Assembly: GCF_006345805.1 (NCBI RefSeq) | Contig: NC_043005.1 | Coordinates: 100,254,001 to 100,318,000, forward strand | Origin: Octopus sinensis | Lineage: Eukaryota | Direction of reading: 5' to 3' | DNA: 64,000 nt | Shown: positions 63,102-64,000 of the stretch, piece after piece | How positions within the stretch are numbered: the first letter of the stretch is position 1 | Layout of the letters: every line of letters begins with the position of its first letter | The notes under the pieces: model-generated | Told to the model about the DNA's origin: nothing | The model's input: only the letters and a program-made list of their open reading frames with translations | The model's database searches: none | Position numbers and translations under genes: made by a program

Positions 63102-63446
63102 TCGTTTTTGGATTTGGTTTGCAAGATTCTTTATATGAGTTTGTGTGTTGAAGCATATTCTGTTGTGCCTGGGGAGAGTCATTCTCTTTTAGTGCCTTAT
63201 TATTTAATGCTTATTTCTTATTTTTATTTTCTAAAATTTTTGTTGCGTGTTATTTTCATTTTCTAAAATTTTTGTTGCGTGTTGCAACCTTTTCAAGAGT
63301 ATTGGCTCTCAAGACTATTGAAAAGGTTGTAACACGCAACAAAAATTTTAGAAAATAAAAATAAGAAATAAGTCGAAATTTTACCGGTGAGTGTGTTAAA
63401 TAATAAGGCACTAAAAGAGAATGACTCTCCCCAGACACAACAGAAT
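63102..63446. mobile_element. Palindromic (foldback/MITE-like) element, copy 2
   Basis: Inverted arms spanning 63157-63446 and the same ~55-bp unpaired flank as 26741. Confidence 0.75.
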
Positions 63447-63491
63447 TAAACCATATTCCCTTTTGAAAATTGGAAGAATGCGCAACTACTT

Positions 63492-63944
63492 TCACATGGA
63501 TCTACTGCACAACCACACCATTCCTACCACCTGAGTCATGGCAAAATCATAAAGCAAGAATAGCAATCCTAACAAGTCTGGTTGTGATGCTAAACTGGAA
63601 GCACCAAATCTTAAACTTCTCAAGGAGTTGCTTTTATCAATCGCTCTTGGTGTCTTTAGCAATGCTTCTGACCTTAAAAATACTGTTGTAATTCTTTGCA
63701 AGGCATTGGACTCTATATTTTGGATTGCTGGAATCTCAAATGCCTGAATGTTAAAGATGCTGTCAGTCTTCTTCAGAGGGTAATCAGGCCCAGAGATGTT
63801 GATGGATTGAATTTCATTTGTGACTGTGTAACCATCTTTTGACTCATCAGAGTCAACCATGTGCCTTGGAATTATATTGACATGACTGTAATGTCTCCTA
63901 TGAAAGTTCTGCAGACTTTTCAGTTCAGTATTAAAGTGGAATTA
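63492..63944 (-). CDS. Unassigned ~150-codon stop-free frame (possible exon or TE remnant)
   Basis: Non-repetitive open frame (ATG-started part 63860-63492); no recognisable domain or convincing splice pair. Confidence 0.15.
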
Positions 63945-64000
63945 TGTCACTCTTCCTGATTTTATTCCAAGGACCACTTCTTGAAGACTGAAAAGGGAAA

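Overview
This is an AT-rich, repeat-saturated eukaryotic window. It is most likely an Octopus (coleoid cephalopod) intronic or intergenic region; that is inferred from the tRNA-headed SINE families, RTE 3' tails and very long (TA)n/(TACA)n microsatellites. No host protein-coding gene can be supported. Every long, non-repetitive ORF with a recognisable product belongs to a decayed mobile element: a full-length DD34D mariner (30617-31910), a second Tc1/mariner-superfamily transposase (5120-6422), RTE LINE bodies and about 15 RTE 3' tails, two CR1-like LINEs either side of a 100-N gap (56173-61246) and two RLE-type LINE C-termini. The rest is at least five tRNA-derived SINE families, non-autonomous Helitrons and a Helentron-type element, hAT and piggyBac MITEs, and simple repeats. 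The most notable hidden signal is a set of hammerhead-ribozyme motifs of the minimal, palindromic-stem-III type known from Penelope-like retroelements. One complete hammerhead sits in the spacer of a 347-bp foldback element with ~115-bp inverted arms (21081-21427). A second with an intact CUGAUGA core lies at 53172-53206. A four-copy family with variant cores is inserted in or beside simple repeats. Other observations: a GGTAT target bias and apparent self-insertion of one SINE family, LINE-SINE 3' tail sharing, a CCCH zinc finger in a LINE ORF1, and several long palindromes. Family names A-E are my own working labels. Many repeat boundaries were read by eye and are approximate to about 10-30 bp.
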